Of a stretch of 64,000 nucleotides of DNA, positions 29,701-37,874 are shown in pieces. Within the stretch, counting starts at the first letter, position 1, and the number at the start of each line of letters is the position of its first letter. Under the pieces are notes generated by a model. The model had not been told where the DNA came from. It did not search any database and saw only the letters and a program-made list of their open reading frames with translations. The DNA is taken from positions 3,275-67,274 of the forward strand of contig CAVFZF010000004.1 in assembly GCA_963627025.1 (NCBI GenBank). The letters are read 5' to 3'. The stretch is from Bifidobacteriaceae bacterium. GTDB lineage: Bacteria; Bacteroidota; Bacteroidia; Bacteroidales; Bacteroidaceae. A program made the translations under genes and the position numbers.

Positions 29701-30714
29701 GAGCGTCTTGACGACTCGGGACGCATATCAGGTTCGGGGATAGGACTTCCCATGGCACGTTCGTTGGCGGAAATCCACGGAGGAACGCTTACTGTCGACA
29801 AGACCTCGGAGTACAACAAGTTTGTACTTGTGATGCCTCTGAAACAGAAAGAGGGTACGGTGGTACATCTGTCAGAGGAGAAGTCGCTGATTAATGACGA
29901 GGCAATGGCAACGGATGATGTCGTCTCTGACGATGCTGCAATGGGTGTTGCGAGGAAAGAATACACCGTGCTTGTGGTGGAAGACAATGCCGAAGTGGCT
30001 GAAATGGTGGCGGAGAAACTGACCGACACTTATGATGTGCTGCTCGCCAAAGACGGAGAAGAAGGTCTGGAGATGTTGTCTAAGTCTCATGTCGACATAG
30101 TGATAAGCGACATAATGATGCCTGTCATGGACGGCTTGCAGATGACGCAGAAGATAAAGGCAAACGTAGAGACAAGTCATATACCGGTGATTCTGCTGAC
30201 GGCACGGCAGACTATGGACAGCAACATAGAGGGACTGAAGTCGGGAGCGGATGCCTATATTGTAAAGCCTTTCTCGGCCACGCACCTCCTGACCCAGATA
30301 CAGAATCTGTTGGAGAACCGCAAACGTGAGCGCGAGAGTTTCATCCACAAGCCCTATCTGCCCTCTTCGAAGTCGGGCATCAACAAGGCTGATGAGGAGT
30401 TTATGAACAAGATGACCGGTCTTATCATGGAACACATACGCCAACCGGAGTTCAATGTGGAACAGTTGGCGTCTGCCATGTGTATGAGCCGCTCCAGTCT
30501 GCACCGCAAGATAAAGGATGTCTCAAACCTGACACCTGTGGATTTCATCCGTCTTGTACGGCTTAAAAAAGCAGCTGAACTCATCCGTGAGTATAACTAC
30601 AGAGTGGTTGAGGTGTGCGAAATGGTGGGAATAAACTCTCCTTCTTATTTTATCAAACTCTTCCATCGCCAGTTTGGCATGACACCAAAGGAATTTGCCG
30701 ACAAGAAAGAATGA
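26707..30714 (+). CDS. Hybrid two-component sensor-regulator (propeller sensor, Y_Y_Y, His kinase, receiver, AraC HTH)
   Basis: Repeated (L/M)WFGT..GL propeller motifs; H-box FFTNITHELRTPLTLI; GSGIGL; ISDIMMPVMDG; MSRSSLHRKIK...YFIKLFHRQFGMTP. Confidence 0.96.
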   Translation: MKTNKIVRLYIKLYICKVVSAIFLLGFLAPVQAQQRFFLPLDTRNGLSENNVKCIVQDNAGFMWFGTKNGLNRYDGVSFKLYNVDDYVKKCGNHNVSALYEDNSHRLWVGTDKGVYIFDPVQETFTLFDTTVSSGEKIDNWIARIMGDRHGNVWIIAPNQGAFRYELSTKRLFLYNYSHAAYDYHDNPSCICMRQNGDVWFATDGGGLLHYDSKEQRMTVVAEDRNGNTLCGYEFYAMCDYGEWIAIADHEGRLMKYNPTTKELKDVNAPNVHYKLLRALLYDGKELCVGTQDGLYFVDEAVGREEQIKANNLHPYGLASNMIYSLYHDRDGGLWVGTIYNGVFYMPRNGMKFRNFIPIPGQNSLSGRNIRELRNDSMGRVWIASEEGTLDVYDPYTGLFRNVDVTKYKGGNNRLALMQDGDKMWVGVFKNGVDVIDIHSLQSNHYSPSQLGIYAEGSPYALFKDSKSRIWMGTGRGVYLKGEGMHFFKIDVLEDAFIQDIAEDRNGNIWVASMGSGVYVYSPQTGKVKRFCVNGKGNSISSNSVSSVSFDHNGNPWFATDRGGICRYDMKTKRFESFSSGNFLPDDVTYKMLEDKNGNLWFGTNHGLVCFNPTSHSVAVYGSWNGLIDNQFSYKSAVKTAKGTFLFGGMSGLVEFDPLVITPKAQRIFITNIRINGCEQRPGEGILDGNILQTEKIHLPHDMNNVSFDVSNQNYDGTQSKLYEYKMEGVDGEWNRSLGGTAIAYTRLQPGKYTFMVRPAGNEKAVRKLVIVVNHPWYSTIWAKTVYFLMLCCVVYLLLRMYHQRQIRHLKRRERAMNEERDKELLKAKISFFTNITHELRTPLTLINGSVENITQEKVDNPKLNRNINAIDKNCKRLLNLTNQLLDFRKIESNATSLSITEFDVCKLMTSIVDRFEPAVTNLRKLITLDLKEDDVMLQADREAFTKIISNLLNNARKYSETFIQVELYVQGDCLWISVINDGTLIPADKTELIFQPFERLDDSGRISGSGIGLPMARSLAEIHGGTLTVDKTSEYNKFVLVMPLKQKEGTVVHLSEEKSLINDEAMATDDVVSDDAAMGVARKEYTVLVVEDNAEVAEMVAEKLTDTYDVLLAKDGEEGLEMLSKSHVDIVISDIMMPVMDGLQMTQKIKANVETSHIPVILLTARQTMDSNIEGLKSGADAYIVKPFSATHLLTQIQNLLENRKRERESFIHKPYLPSSKSGINKADEEFMNKMTGLIMEHIRQPEFNVEQLASAMCMSRSSLHRKIKDVSNLTPVDFIRLVRLKKAAELIREYNYRVVEVCEMVGINSPSYFIKLFHRQFGMTPKEFADKKE

Positions 30715-30838
30715 CGTGAGGAAATGCGGTAATACAGAAACAGGCACTCTGAAACTTTGTCGGATGGAAGAAATGTAGTACTGGATAATACATTTTAATC
30801 ATTGTTGTGTGGCATCGTTTCAATGCTGAGGCTGGTGC

Positions 30839-30869
30839 TTGTCTTTGTTGGAGCATTGTGCTAACTTTG
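30839..30869 (+). promoter_or_regulatory. Promoter of the tandem alpha-galactosidase genes (-33 TTG, -7 TAACTTTG)
   Basis: TTG 30839-30841, 20-nt spacer, TAACTTTG 30862-30869. Confidence 0.65.
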
Positions 30870-30906
30870 CTTTCGGATTAAGGACTAAAGACTGTAAAAT
30901 CAAAAG

Positions 30907-32883
30907 ATGAACGCTAAAGATTTGTTGTTTTCCGCGGTGCTGGGCTCGCTGACGCTTTGTTCGTGTGGCAGCCGGCTCGGTTGCGAATTTGGAGAATGGC
31001 ACATTGACTGTACCGACGGTGTCAACATATATCACAAGGGGATTCCCGTGATGCACGGAGTCGGTGCGGAATATGCATGTGAAAATGGTGTTGTGAACAG
31101 CCGTAACTACACATCCCGCAAGATAGAGAAGGGGAAAACGAGTGATGCTTTCGGTAAAGGGCGGTTCCTGAATGTGGTGTACTCTTCACCGGAACTGCCT
31201 TCGCTGAAACAGAAATTCCGCCTCTATAAGGACTTTATGCTTGCCGATATAGAGGTGACATCGGCATCGGGAGCATTGAAGACAAATTATATGGCACCGG
31301 TGGTGGCTACTTCCGACACGGTGCTATATTCGCCGGAAAGGAGGAAACTGTTTGTCCCTTTTGATAATGACACATGGATTCGCTACTACAGTACGCATGA
31401 TACGGACTCCGTGTTGCGCAGTTATGAGGTGACAAGTGTGTATGATGCCGCTGGGAGAAACGGTGTCGTGATGGGTGCAATAGAGCATGACAAGTGGAAA
31501 AATGCCGTAGAACTGGACGACAGAACCAAGACCGTGCGGCTCTATAGCGGCGTTGCCGACCGTCTGACGCGCGACGTGAATCCTCATGGAAGTGTGAAAG
31601 GTGACACCGTGCGTTCCGCTATATTCATGATAGGTCGCTTTGAAGACTGGCGGAAAGGCATGGAGACATATGCCGACAACAATGCAGTGGTGGCACCGCG
31701 CCGCCATTGGGACAAGGCGATGCCGATAGGTTGGAACAGTTGGGGAGCACTGGCTTTTGGGGTGAACCACACCAACAGTACCGAGGTGGTGGACTTCTTT
31801 GCCGACGAACTACAGCCAAACTCGTTTGCAAATGCCGAAGGACTGCTCTATACAGGACTGGATTCGGGTTGGAACAGTTTCAGTGAACCGGATTTGAAGG
31901 ATTTCGCCGACAGATGCAAAGCCAATAATCAGGTGCCGTGCATCTACTGGACACCGTTCACAGACTGGGGAAAAGACCCCGAACGACAAGTGCCCGGGAC
32001 GTTCTGTAAATACAAGGATGTATACCTGTATGCCGGGGGCAAGCCTCAGGAACTTGACGGCGCTTATGCCGTAGACCCCACTCATCCTGCCATAAAGAAG
32101 ATGATGGAGGATGTGTCGGCATTGTTCCGCAAGTGCGGTTACAAGTATGTGAAAATGGATTTCATGACACACGGGCGCATGGAAGCCGACAGTTGGTATG
32201 ACAAGAATATCTCTACCGGTACAGAGGCGTATAATTACGGTTTGCATCTGCTGGACAGTATATTTTGTGATATGTATCTCAACCTGTCGATTTCTCCCAT
32301 ATTCCCAGCCCAGTATGCCCAGTCCCGACGCATCGCCTGCGATGCATGGAACAAGATAAAGGACACGGAATACACGATGAACGCACTGTCATGGGGTTGG
32401 TGGATAGATCGTGTCTACCAGTATAATGACGCTGACCATGTGGTATTGCGTGACGCTACAGAGGGTGAAAACCGTGCCCGCATCACCTCGTCGGTAATCA
32501 CCGGACTGTTCATAACGGGTGATGACTACAGTAAGACCGGGCCGGAAGAGGTGAAGCAGCGTGCCCGCAGATTTCTTACAAATGCCGATGTGAACGCCAT
32601 AGCAACCGGTCGCTCGTTCCGTCCGCTTGACGGTGACGACAACAGGGCAGAGAATATGTTTGTCAGAACCGATGCTGACGGTACGTCATATCTTGCGGTA
32701 TTCAACTATACAGATGAGCCTCTGCAGTTCAAGTTGCCTGTAGAAAGGATGGGAATGGCAGTCCCGGACGAGGCGAAGGAACTGTGGAGCGGAACCAAGG
32801 TGGACATTTCCGAAGTGCAGACGCTCGGCGCAAAGGATGCCATGATATTCCGTTTCAGACAGGTAAGAGACATTAAAAGATAG
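30907..32883 (+). CDS. Putative alpha-galactosidase, clan GH-D (GH27/GH36-like), lipoprotein
   Basis: Lipobox LCSC; PIGWNSWG; LDSGW; YVKMDF; RRIACDAW; NDADH. Confidence 0.8.
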   Translation: MNAKDLLFSAVLGSLTLCSCGSRLGCEFGEWHIDCTDGVNIYHKGIPVMHGVGAEYACENGVVNSRNYTSRKIEKGKTSDAFGKGRFLNVVYSSPELPSLKQKFRLYKDFMLADIEVTSASGALKTNYMAPVVATSDTVLYSPERRKLFVPFDNDTWIRYYSTHDTDSVLRSYEVTSVYDAAGRNGVVMGAIEHDKWKNAVELDDRTKTVRLYSGVADRLTRDVNPHGSVKGDTVRSAIFMIGRFEDWRKGMETYADNNAVVAPRRHWDKAMPIGWNSWGALAFGVNHTNSTEVVDFFADELQPNSFANAEGLLYTGLDSGWNSFSEPDLKDFADRCKANNQVPCIYWTPFTDWGKDPERQVPGTFCKYKDVYLYAGGKPQELDGAYAVDPTHPAIKKMMEDVSALFRKCGYKYVKMDFMTHGRMEADSWYDKNISTGTEAYNYGLHLLDSIFCDMYLNLSISPIFPAQYAQSRRIACDAWNKIKDTEYTMNALSWGWWIDRVYQYNDADHVVLRDATEGENRARITSSVITGLFITGDDYSKTGPEEVKQRARRFLTNADVNAIATGRSFRPLDGDDNRAENMFVRTDADGTSYLAVFNYTDEPLQFKLPVERMGMAVPDEAKELWSGTKVDISEVQTLGAKDAMIFRFRQVRDIKR

Positions 32884-32889
32884 AGAAAG

Positions 32890-35307
32890 ATGATTAAGTT
32901 AGTTTTCTGTACAGTGTTTCTGCTGTTGCCTTTCACCGTAAAGGCGCAGCAGATAACCTGTGGTTCGTGGTCAATAGACCTTGACCAAGCGACAAAAATG
33001 CTGACAATAACCGACAATAGTACTGGTTTCGTGCTGAAAGGCGTGTATGCATGGGCGACGTGCGGCTTTGAGGGAACAGACGTGACAACAACCTTGAAGT
33101 CTACATCGGCGTTGTCGGTGACGCAAACCCAGGAGAATGTGGAAGACTGTTTCGGCACTGGAGTGCAGTACAACTACAGTTACCGCTTCGGCAACGGTGT
33201 GACGATGACACAGAGTTTCGCCTTTTATTCTGAGCGCGACTACATCATTACGCAACTGAAACTCACGACGGATGCCGCCACAACCACGATAAAGAGCAAC
33301 ACTATGGTGCCCGTGGCAACGGTCACGGAGCAGCAGGTGCTCAGTACGACAAGCAACAGGATGCTCTGGATTCCGTGGGACAACGATGGTTTTGTGGAGT
33401 ACAGGTCAAACAGTTTCAATACAGAAGAATACTCCTACAACGCCACTTGCCTCTACAATCCCTCGTCCCGTTACGGCATTGTCGCCGGTGCGGTGGATCA
33501 TGACAACTGGAAAAGCGCCATTCATGTGGCTGCAGTCTCGCCTGACAAGGTGTCGTCTTTAGAACTCATATCCGGGTACACGGACTACTATAGCCGTGAC
33601 AAGGGAAAGGCAACGCTGGTGGATGCCGACACTTATGAGGCTTCCGAGACATCCGGACTGGATATGCCTCACGGATTTGTATGCGGCACGTCGGTGGCAT
33701 CGTCACGTTTCGTGCTTGGCGATTTCGATGACTGGCGCACGGGAATGGAAACTTACGGCAAGGCGTGTGCCGCGGTGGCTGCACCGCGCACATGGGAAGG
33801 CGGCGTGCCCTACGGCTGGAGCAGTTGGGGCGGAATGGAGACCAAGGTGTCGTATGAGGGCGTGATGGATGTGGCGGAATTTCTGGACAAGAAAATCAGA
33901 GTACACGGCTTCCATGACGAGAAGGGTCGTATAGTGTTGAGTCTTGACTCTTGGTGGAACGAGAATCTTTCCAACGCACAACTCAAACAGTTTGTTGCCT
34001 ACTGCAAGGAGAACAACATGATACCCGGACTTTACTACGGCCCGTTTACAGATTGGTCGGGTGACCCGAACCGGACGGTGAGCAACACCAACTACAAACT
34101 CAAGGATATGTGGCTCAAACAGAACGGCAAATATCGCAAACTTGACGGTGCTTACTGTCTTGATCCTACGCATCCGGGTACAAAGGCGGAGATAACCAAC
34201 CAGATGAACTATTTCAAGTCGTTGGGCATAGAGTATGTCAAACTCGATTTCCTGTGCAATGGCGCAATAGAGGCTGACAGTTATTACAACAGTAAAATCA
34301 CCACTGGAATCCAGGCATACAACTTTGGCATGAAGATAGTACGCAAACAAGCCACCTATGAAGACGGCCACAGTATGTATCTGGTGCTGTCTATCGCACC
34401 GCTTTTCCCGTCGCAATACGCCCACGGACGGCGGATCAGTTGCGACGCATGGGGCAATATCAACAATACAAGGTATGTGATGAACAGCACGTCTTACGGC
34501 TGGTGGTTGCGTGAAGTCTATCTTGCCAATGACCCGGACAATATGGTTCTCTCCTCGTTCAAGGGACATGGCGACGGCAAGGAGACTGAAGCGGAGAACC
34601 GTGCGCGCATCACCAACGGTGCTGTTACGGGCGCTTTCATCGTCGGAGACAATTTTAGCGACAACGTGATAATGGACGGTGGCAGTCCCGCAACATCGCG
34701 TGAGCGTGCCGAGAAGTTCCTTACTGTAGACGAGATAAACGAGATTCCGCGCACCTGCAGCACGTTCCGCCCTCTCTACGGCAACGGTTCGCAGAGCAAG
34801 AACGCCGAGAACTACATGACCTACGAGAACGACAAGTACGTCTATCTGGCTTGTATCAACTACAATACGATACTCACTTATCTGAATACAAGTATAAGTT
34901 TCAAGGACTTGTGCATGGAAAATGCGGATGTGGGAGAGATAAAGGAACTCTGGACAGGCGAGATTGTCACGCCTGAAAATGACGGTATCACGGTGAGAGT
35001 GGCACCGAAGGACGCACGGATATACCGCATTGCGAAGAACAGCACCACAGGAATCTCTGACGTGGATGACGGCAATGGGTCTGCAAAAGAGGTGAAGGTC
35101 TGTGCCGTGGGCAATGCCGTTACTGTCACAAGTCACGATGGAAAAGTTGCCGCAGTGAGTGTCTATGATCTCAGTGGCAAGGAAATCGCTTCGGAAAAGA
35201 ACACCTCATCCAATGCGAGTGTGTGCATAGGAGGTCTGAAGAGCGGCATATATATAATAAAGGTGGACACAGGCTGTGGTATGGAAACAGTGAAGGTGGC
35301 GATGTGA
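32890..35307 (+). CDS. Putative alpha-galactosidase paralogue (GH27/GH36-like) with T9SS-type C-terminal domain
   Basis: Signal ending VKA-Q; PYGWSSWG; LDSWW; YVKLDF; RRISCDAW; NDPDN; tail VYDLSGKEI...GIYIIKV...TVKVAM. Confidence 0.8.
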   Translation: MIKLVFCTVFLLLPFTVKAQQITCGSWSIDLDQATKMLTITDNSTGFVLKGVYAWATCGFEGTDVTTTLKSTSALSVTQTQENVEDCFGTGVQYNYSYRFGNGVTMTQSFAFYSERDYIITQLKLTTDAATTTIKSNTMVPVATVTEQQVLSTTSNRMLWIPWDNDGFVEYRSNSFNTEEYSYNATCLYNPSSRYGIVAGAVDHDNWKSAIHVAAVSPDKVSSLELISGYTDYYSRDKGKATLVDADTYEASETSGLDMPHGFVCGTSVASSRFVLGDFDDWRTGMETYGKACAAVAAPRTWEGGVPYGWSSWGGMETKVSYEGVMDVAEFLDKKIRVHGFHDEKGRIVLSLDSWWNENLSNAQLKQFVAYCKENNMIPGLYYGPFTDWSGDPNRTVSNTNYKLKDMWLKQNGKYRKLDGAYCLDPTHPGTKAEITNQMNYFKSLGIEYVKLDFLCNGAIEADSYYNSKITTGIQAYNFGMKIVRKQATYEDGHSMYLVLSIAPLFPSQYAHGRRISCDAWGNINNTRYVMNSTSYGWWLREVYLANDPDNMVLSSFKGHGDGKETEAENRARITNGAVTGAFIVGDNFSDNVIMDGGSPATSRERAEKFLTVDEINEIPRTCSTFRPLYGNGSQSKNAENYMTYENDKYVYLACINYNTILTYLNTSISFKDLCMENADVGEIKELWTGEIVTPENDGITVRVAPKDARIYRIAKNSTTGISDVDDGNGSAKEVKVCAVGNAVTVTSHDGKVAAVSVYDLSGKEIASEKNTSSNASVCIGGLKSGIYIIKVDTGCGMETVKVAM

Positions 35308-35341
35308 CCGTTCGCTTGGTGGCAATTTGTAGGGATACTTG

Positions 35342-35372
35342 TTGGCGGTTACACCGTTTTTTCCTACTTTTG
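35342..35372 (+). promoter_or_regulatory. Promoter of the MaoC-family gene
   Basis: TTG 35342-35344, 20-nt spacer, TACTTTTG 35365-35372. Confidence 0.6.
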
Positions 35373-35404
35373 CAATGCCGGAACAGATGCGGCACAATTG
35401 GATT

Positions 35405-35869
35405 ATGGAGAAACTGACAATAAATTCCTACGAGGAATTTGCCGCTTATAGCGGTAAGGAACTGGGATGTTCCGATTGGCTTACAGTCGATCAGGAACGT
35501 ATAAACATGTTTGCCGATGCCACGCTTGACCACCAGTGGATACATGTGGACACAGCGCGCGCGGCGGTGGAGAGCCCCTACAAGAGTACCATTGCGCATG
35601 GCTACCTCACTCTGTCGCTGCTTCCGCACCTTTGGGAGCAGATTGTCGAGGTGAACAACATCACCATGCTTGTCAACTATGGCATGGACAAGATGCGCTT
35701 CGGCCAGGCTGTGGTGACAGGAAGTCGGGTTAGGCTCGTGGCGAAACTGCATGACATACAGAACCTGCGCGGCATTTGCAAGACGGAAGTGGAGATAAAG
35801 ATTGAAATCGAAGGACAGCGCAAGCCGGCCCTGCAGGGTATAGCCACATTCCTCTATTATTTCAAGTGA
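35405..35869 (+). CDS. MaoC-family (hot-dog fold) dehydratase
   Basis: Start ATG 35405 (MEKLTINS); FADATLDHQWIHVD..TIAHGYLTLSL; NYGMDKMRF. Confidence 0.92.
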   Translation: MEKLTINSYEEFAAYSGKELGCSDWLTVDQERINMFADATLDHQWIHVDTARAAVESPYKSTIAHGYLTLSLLPHLWEQIVEVNNITMLVNYGMDKMRFGQAVVTGSRVRLVAKLHDIQNLRGICKTEVEIKIEIEGQRKPALQGIATFLYYFK

Positions 35870-35923
35870 CCTGCGGAAACACTCTGCGGGGATGCTGCAA
35901 AAATGAAAAAATATAGGAAAAAC

Positions 35924-35954
35924 TTGCCGAATTGGCACATTATTAGTAACTTTG
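35924..35954 (+). promoter_or_regulatory. Promoter of rimP-nusA-infB
   Basis: TTG 35924-35926, 20-nt spacer, TAACTTTG 35947-35954. Confidence 0.7.
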
Positions 35955-35965
35955 CAACCGTTCAG

Positions 35966-36001
35966 AGGAATGAGAGGTCTCAGCCGAGACTTCTCATTCT
36001 T
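35966..36001 (+). promoter_or_regulatory. rimP 5'-leader hairpin (16-bp stem, AGCC loop)
   Basis: AGGAATGAGAGGTCTC-AGCC-GAGACTTCTCATTCTT with two G-U pairs, just downstream of the predicted transcription start. Confidence 0.65.
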
Positions 36002-36050
36002 GCATAATAAGGACTGGAATGAACTTGATTCCACGTTTTTAGACAACGAT

Positions 36051-36518
36051 ATGATAGACAAACAAAAAGTAACCGACATCGCCGAAAAGTGGCTTGAAGA
36101 CAAGGAATATTTCCTTGTGGATGTGGAAGTGAGCGAAGACAACTGCGTGGTAGTGGAAATAGACCATGCCGATGGAGTGTGGATAGAGGACTGTGCTGCG
36201 CTGAGCAGATACATAGAAGAGAATCTCGACCGCAACGACACGGACTATGAACTTGAGGTCGGCTCTGCCGGACTGGGGCAGCCTTTCAAGGTACCTCAGC
36301 AGTATCGCAACTTTATAGGTCAGGAAGTGGAAGTGCTCGACGGCGACGGCATCAAAGTGAAAGGGGTGCTCAAGAGTGTCGACGGTACTGATTTTGTGGT
36401 GACGGTGAACGAGAAAGTGGCTGTGGAAGGAAAGAAACGTCCGGTGAAAATGGACGTTGACCATACCTACAATATGGACAAAGTGAAATACTGCAAGTAT
36501 CTCATCAGTTTCAAATAG
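36051..36518 (+). CDS. rimP: Ribosome maturation factor RimP
   Basis: Start ATG 36051 (MIDKQKV); GVWIEDC..LSR; DYELEVGSAGLGQPF; upstream of nusA. Confidence 0.95.
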   Translation: MIDKQKVTDIAEKWLEDKEYFLVDVEVSEDNCVVVEIDHADGVWIEDCAALSRYIEENLDRNDTDYELEVGSAGLGQPFKVPQQYRNFIGQEVEVLDGDGIKVKGVLKSVDGTDFVVTVNEKVAVEGKKRPVKMDVDHTYNMDKVKYCKYLISFK

Positions 36519-36541
36519 AAAATAATAATGACAATATAATC

Positions 36542-37801
36542 ATGGTAAAGAAAACTGAAATGACCACAAGCATGATCGACACGTTTCGTGAATTTAACGA
36601 GACAAAGAATATCGACCGTGCTACACTGGTAAGTGTGCTGGAGGAAAGTTTCCGCAATGCGCTTGCCAAAATCTTCGGAAGCGACGAGAATATCGACGTT
36701 ATCGTGAACCCTGACAAGGGTGACTTCGAAATCTACAGAAACCGCATAGTAGTGCCTGACGGAGAAGTGCAGGACGAAAATAAGGAGATTTCCCTCAGCG
36801 AAGCACAGAAGATAGAGGCTGACTACGAGGTGGGCGAGGAAGTGTCGGAGTCGGTTGACTTTGCGAAATTCGGTCGCCGTGCCATCCTGAACCTCCGCCA
36901 GACACTGGCAAGCAAGATACTTGAACTGGAGCATGACTCGCTTTACAACAAGTACAAGAACCGTGTGGGCGAGATAATCAGTTGTGAAGTCTATCAGGTT
37001 TGGAAGCGCGAGGTGCTTCTGGTCGACGATGAGAACAACGAACTTATTCTTCCCAAGTCGGAGCAAATACCGAGCGACAACTACCGCAAGGGCGATACTA
37101 TCCGTGCAGTGATAGCAAGGGTGGACAATGAAAACAACAATCCGAAGATTATCTTGTCACGGACAAGCCCGATGTTCCTTGAGAGACTCCTCGAGGCAGA
37201 GGTACCCGAGATAAACGACGGCCTTATTTCAATAAAGAAAATCGTGCGTATGCCCGGTGAGCGTGCCAAGATTGCGGTGGAGAGTTACGATGACCGCATC
37301 GACCCGGTAGGCGCTTGTGTCGGTGTACGCGGTAGCCGTGTACATGGCATCGTGCGTGAACTTTGCAACGAGAATATCGATGTCATCAACTATACGACCA
37401 ACACTAAACTGTTTATCCAGCGTGCTCTTAGCCCCGCAAAGATAAGCAGCATCAACATCGACGAGGAGAACCACAAGGCTGAGGTGTTCCTGAAGCCGGA
37501 GGAGGTAAGCCTCGCTATCGGTCGTGGCGGACTTAACATAAAACTTGCGTCAATGTTGACAGAGTACACTATCGACGTATTCCGTGAGATTGACGACGAG
37601 GACAAGGAAGAGGATATCTACCTCGACGAGTTCTCAGACGAGGTTGACCAGTGGGTGATAGATGCCATCAAGGGTCTCGGATTCGACACTGCAAGACAGG
37701 TGCTGAAGGCTCCGCGTGAGTTCCTTATAGAAAAAGCCGACCTCGAAGAGGAGACTGTTGACAAACTGCTTGAGATTCTCAAAGCCGAATTTGAGGATTA
37801 G
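36542..37801 (+). CDS. nusA: Transcription elongation factor NusA
   Basis: IILSRTSP; RMPGERAKIAV; DPVGACVGVRGSR; LAIGRGGLN. Confidence 0.98.
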   Translation: MVKKTEMTTSMIDTFREFNETKNIDRATLVSVLEESFRNALAKIFGSDENIDVIVNPDKGDFEIYRNRIVVPDGEVQDENKEISLSEAQKIEADYEVGEEVSESVDFAKFGRRAILNLRQTLASKILELEHDSLYNKYKNRVGEIISCEVYQVWKREVLLVDDENNELILPKSEQIPSDNYRKGDTIRAVIARVDNENNNPKIILSRTSPMFLERLLEAEVPEINDGLISIKKIVRMPGERAKIAVESYDDRIDPVGACVGVRGSRVHGIVRELCNENIDVINYTTNTKLFIQRALSPAKISSINIDEENHKAEVFLKPEEVSLAIGRGGLNIKLASMLTEYTIDVFREIDDEDKEEDIYLDEFSDEVDQWVIDAIKGLGFDTARQVLKAPREFLIEKADLEEETVDKLLEILKAEFED

Positions 37802-37874
37802 TCTTCTGATGGCTTCCGTGTAAGAAGTCGCTCCGAATGTAAGATAACAAGTTCCAAAAAGTAGAAAAGTATAG

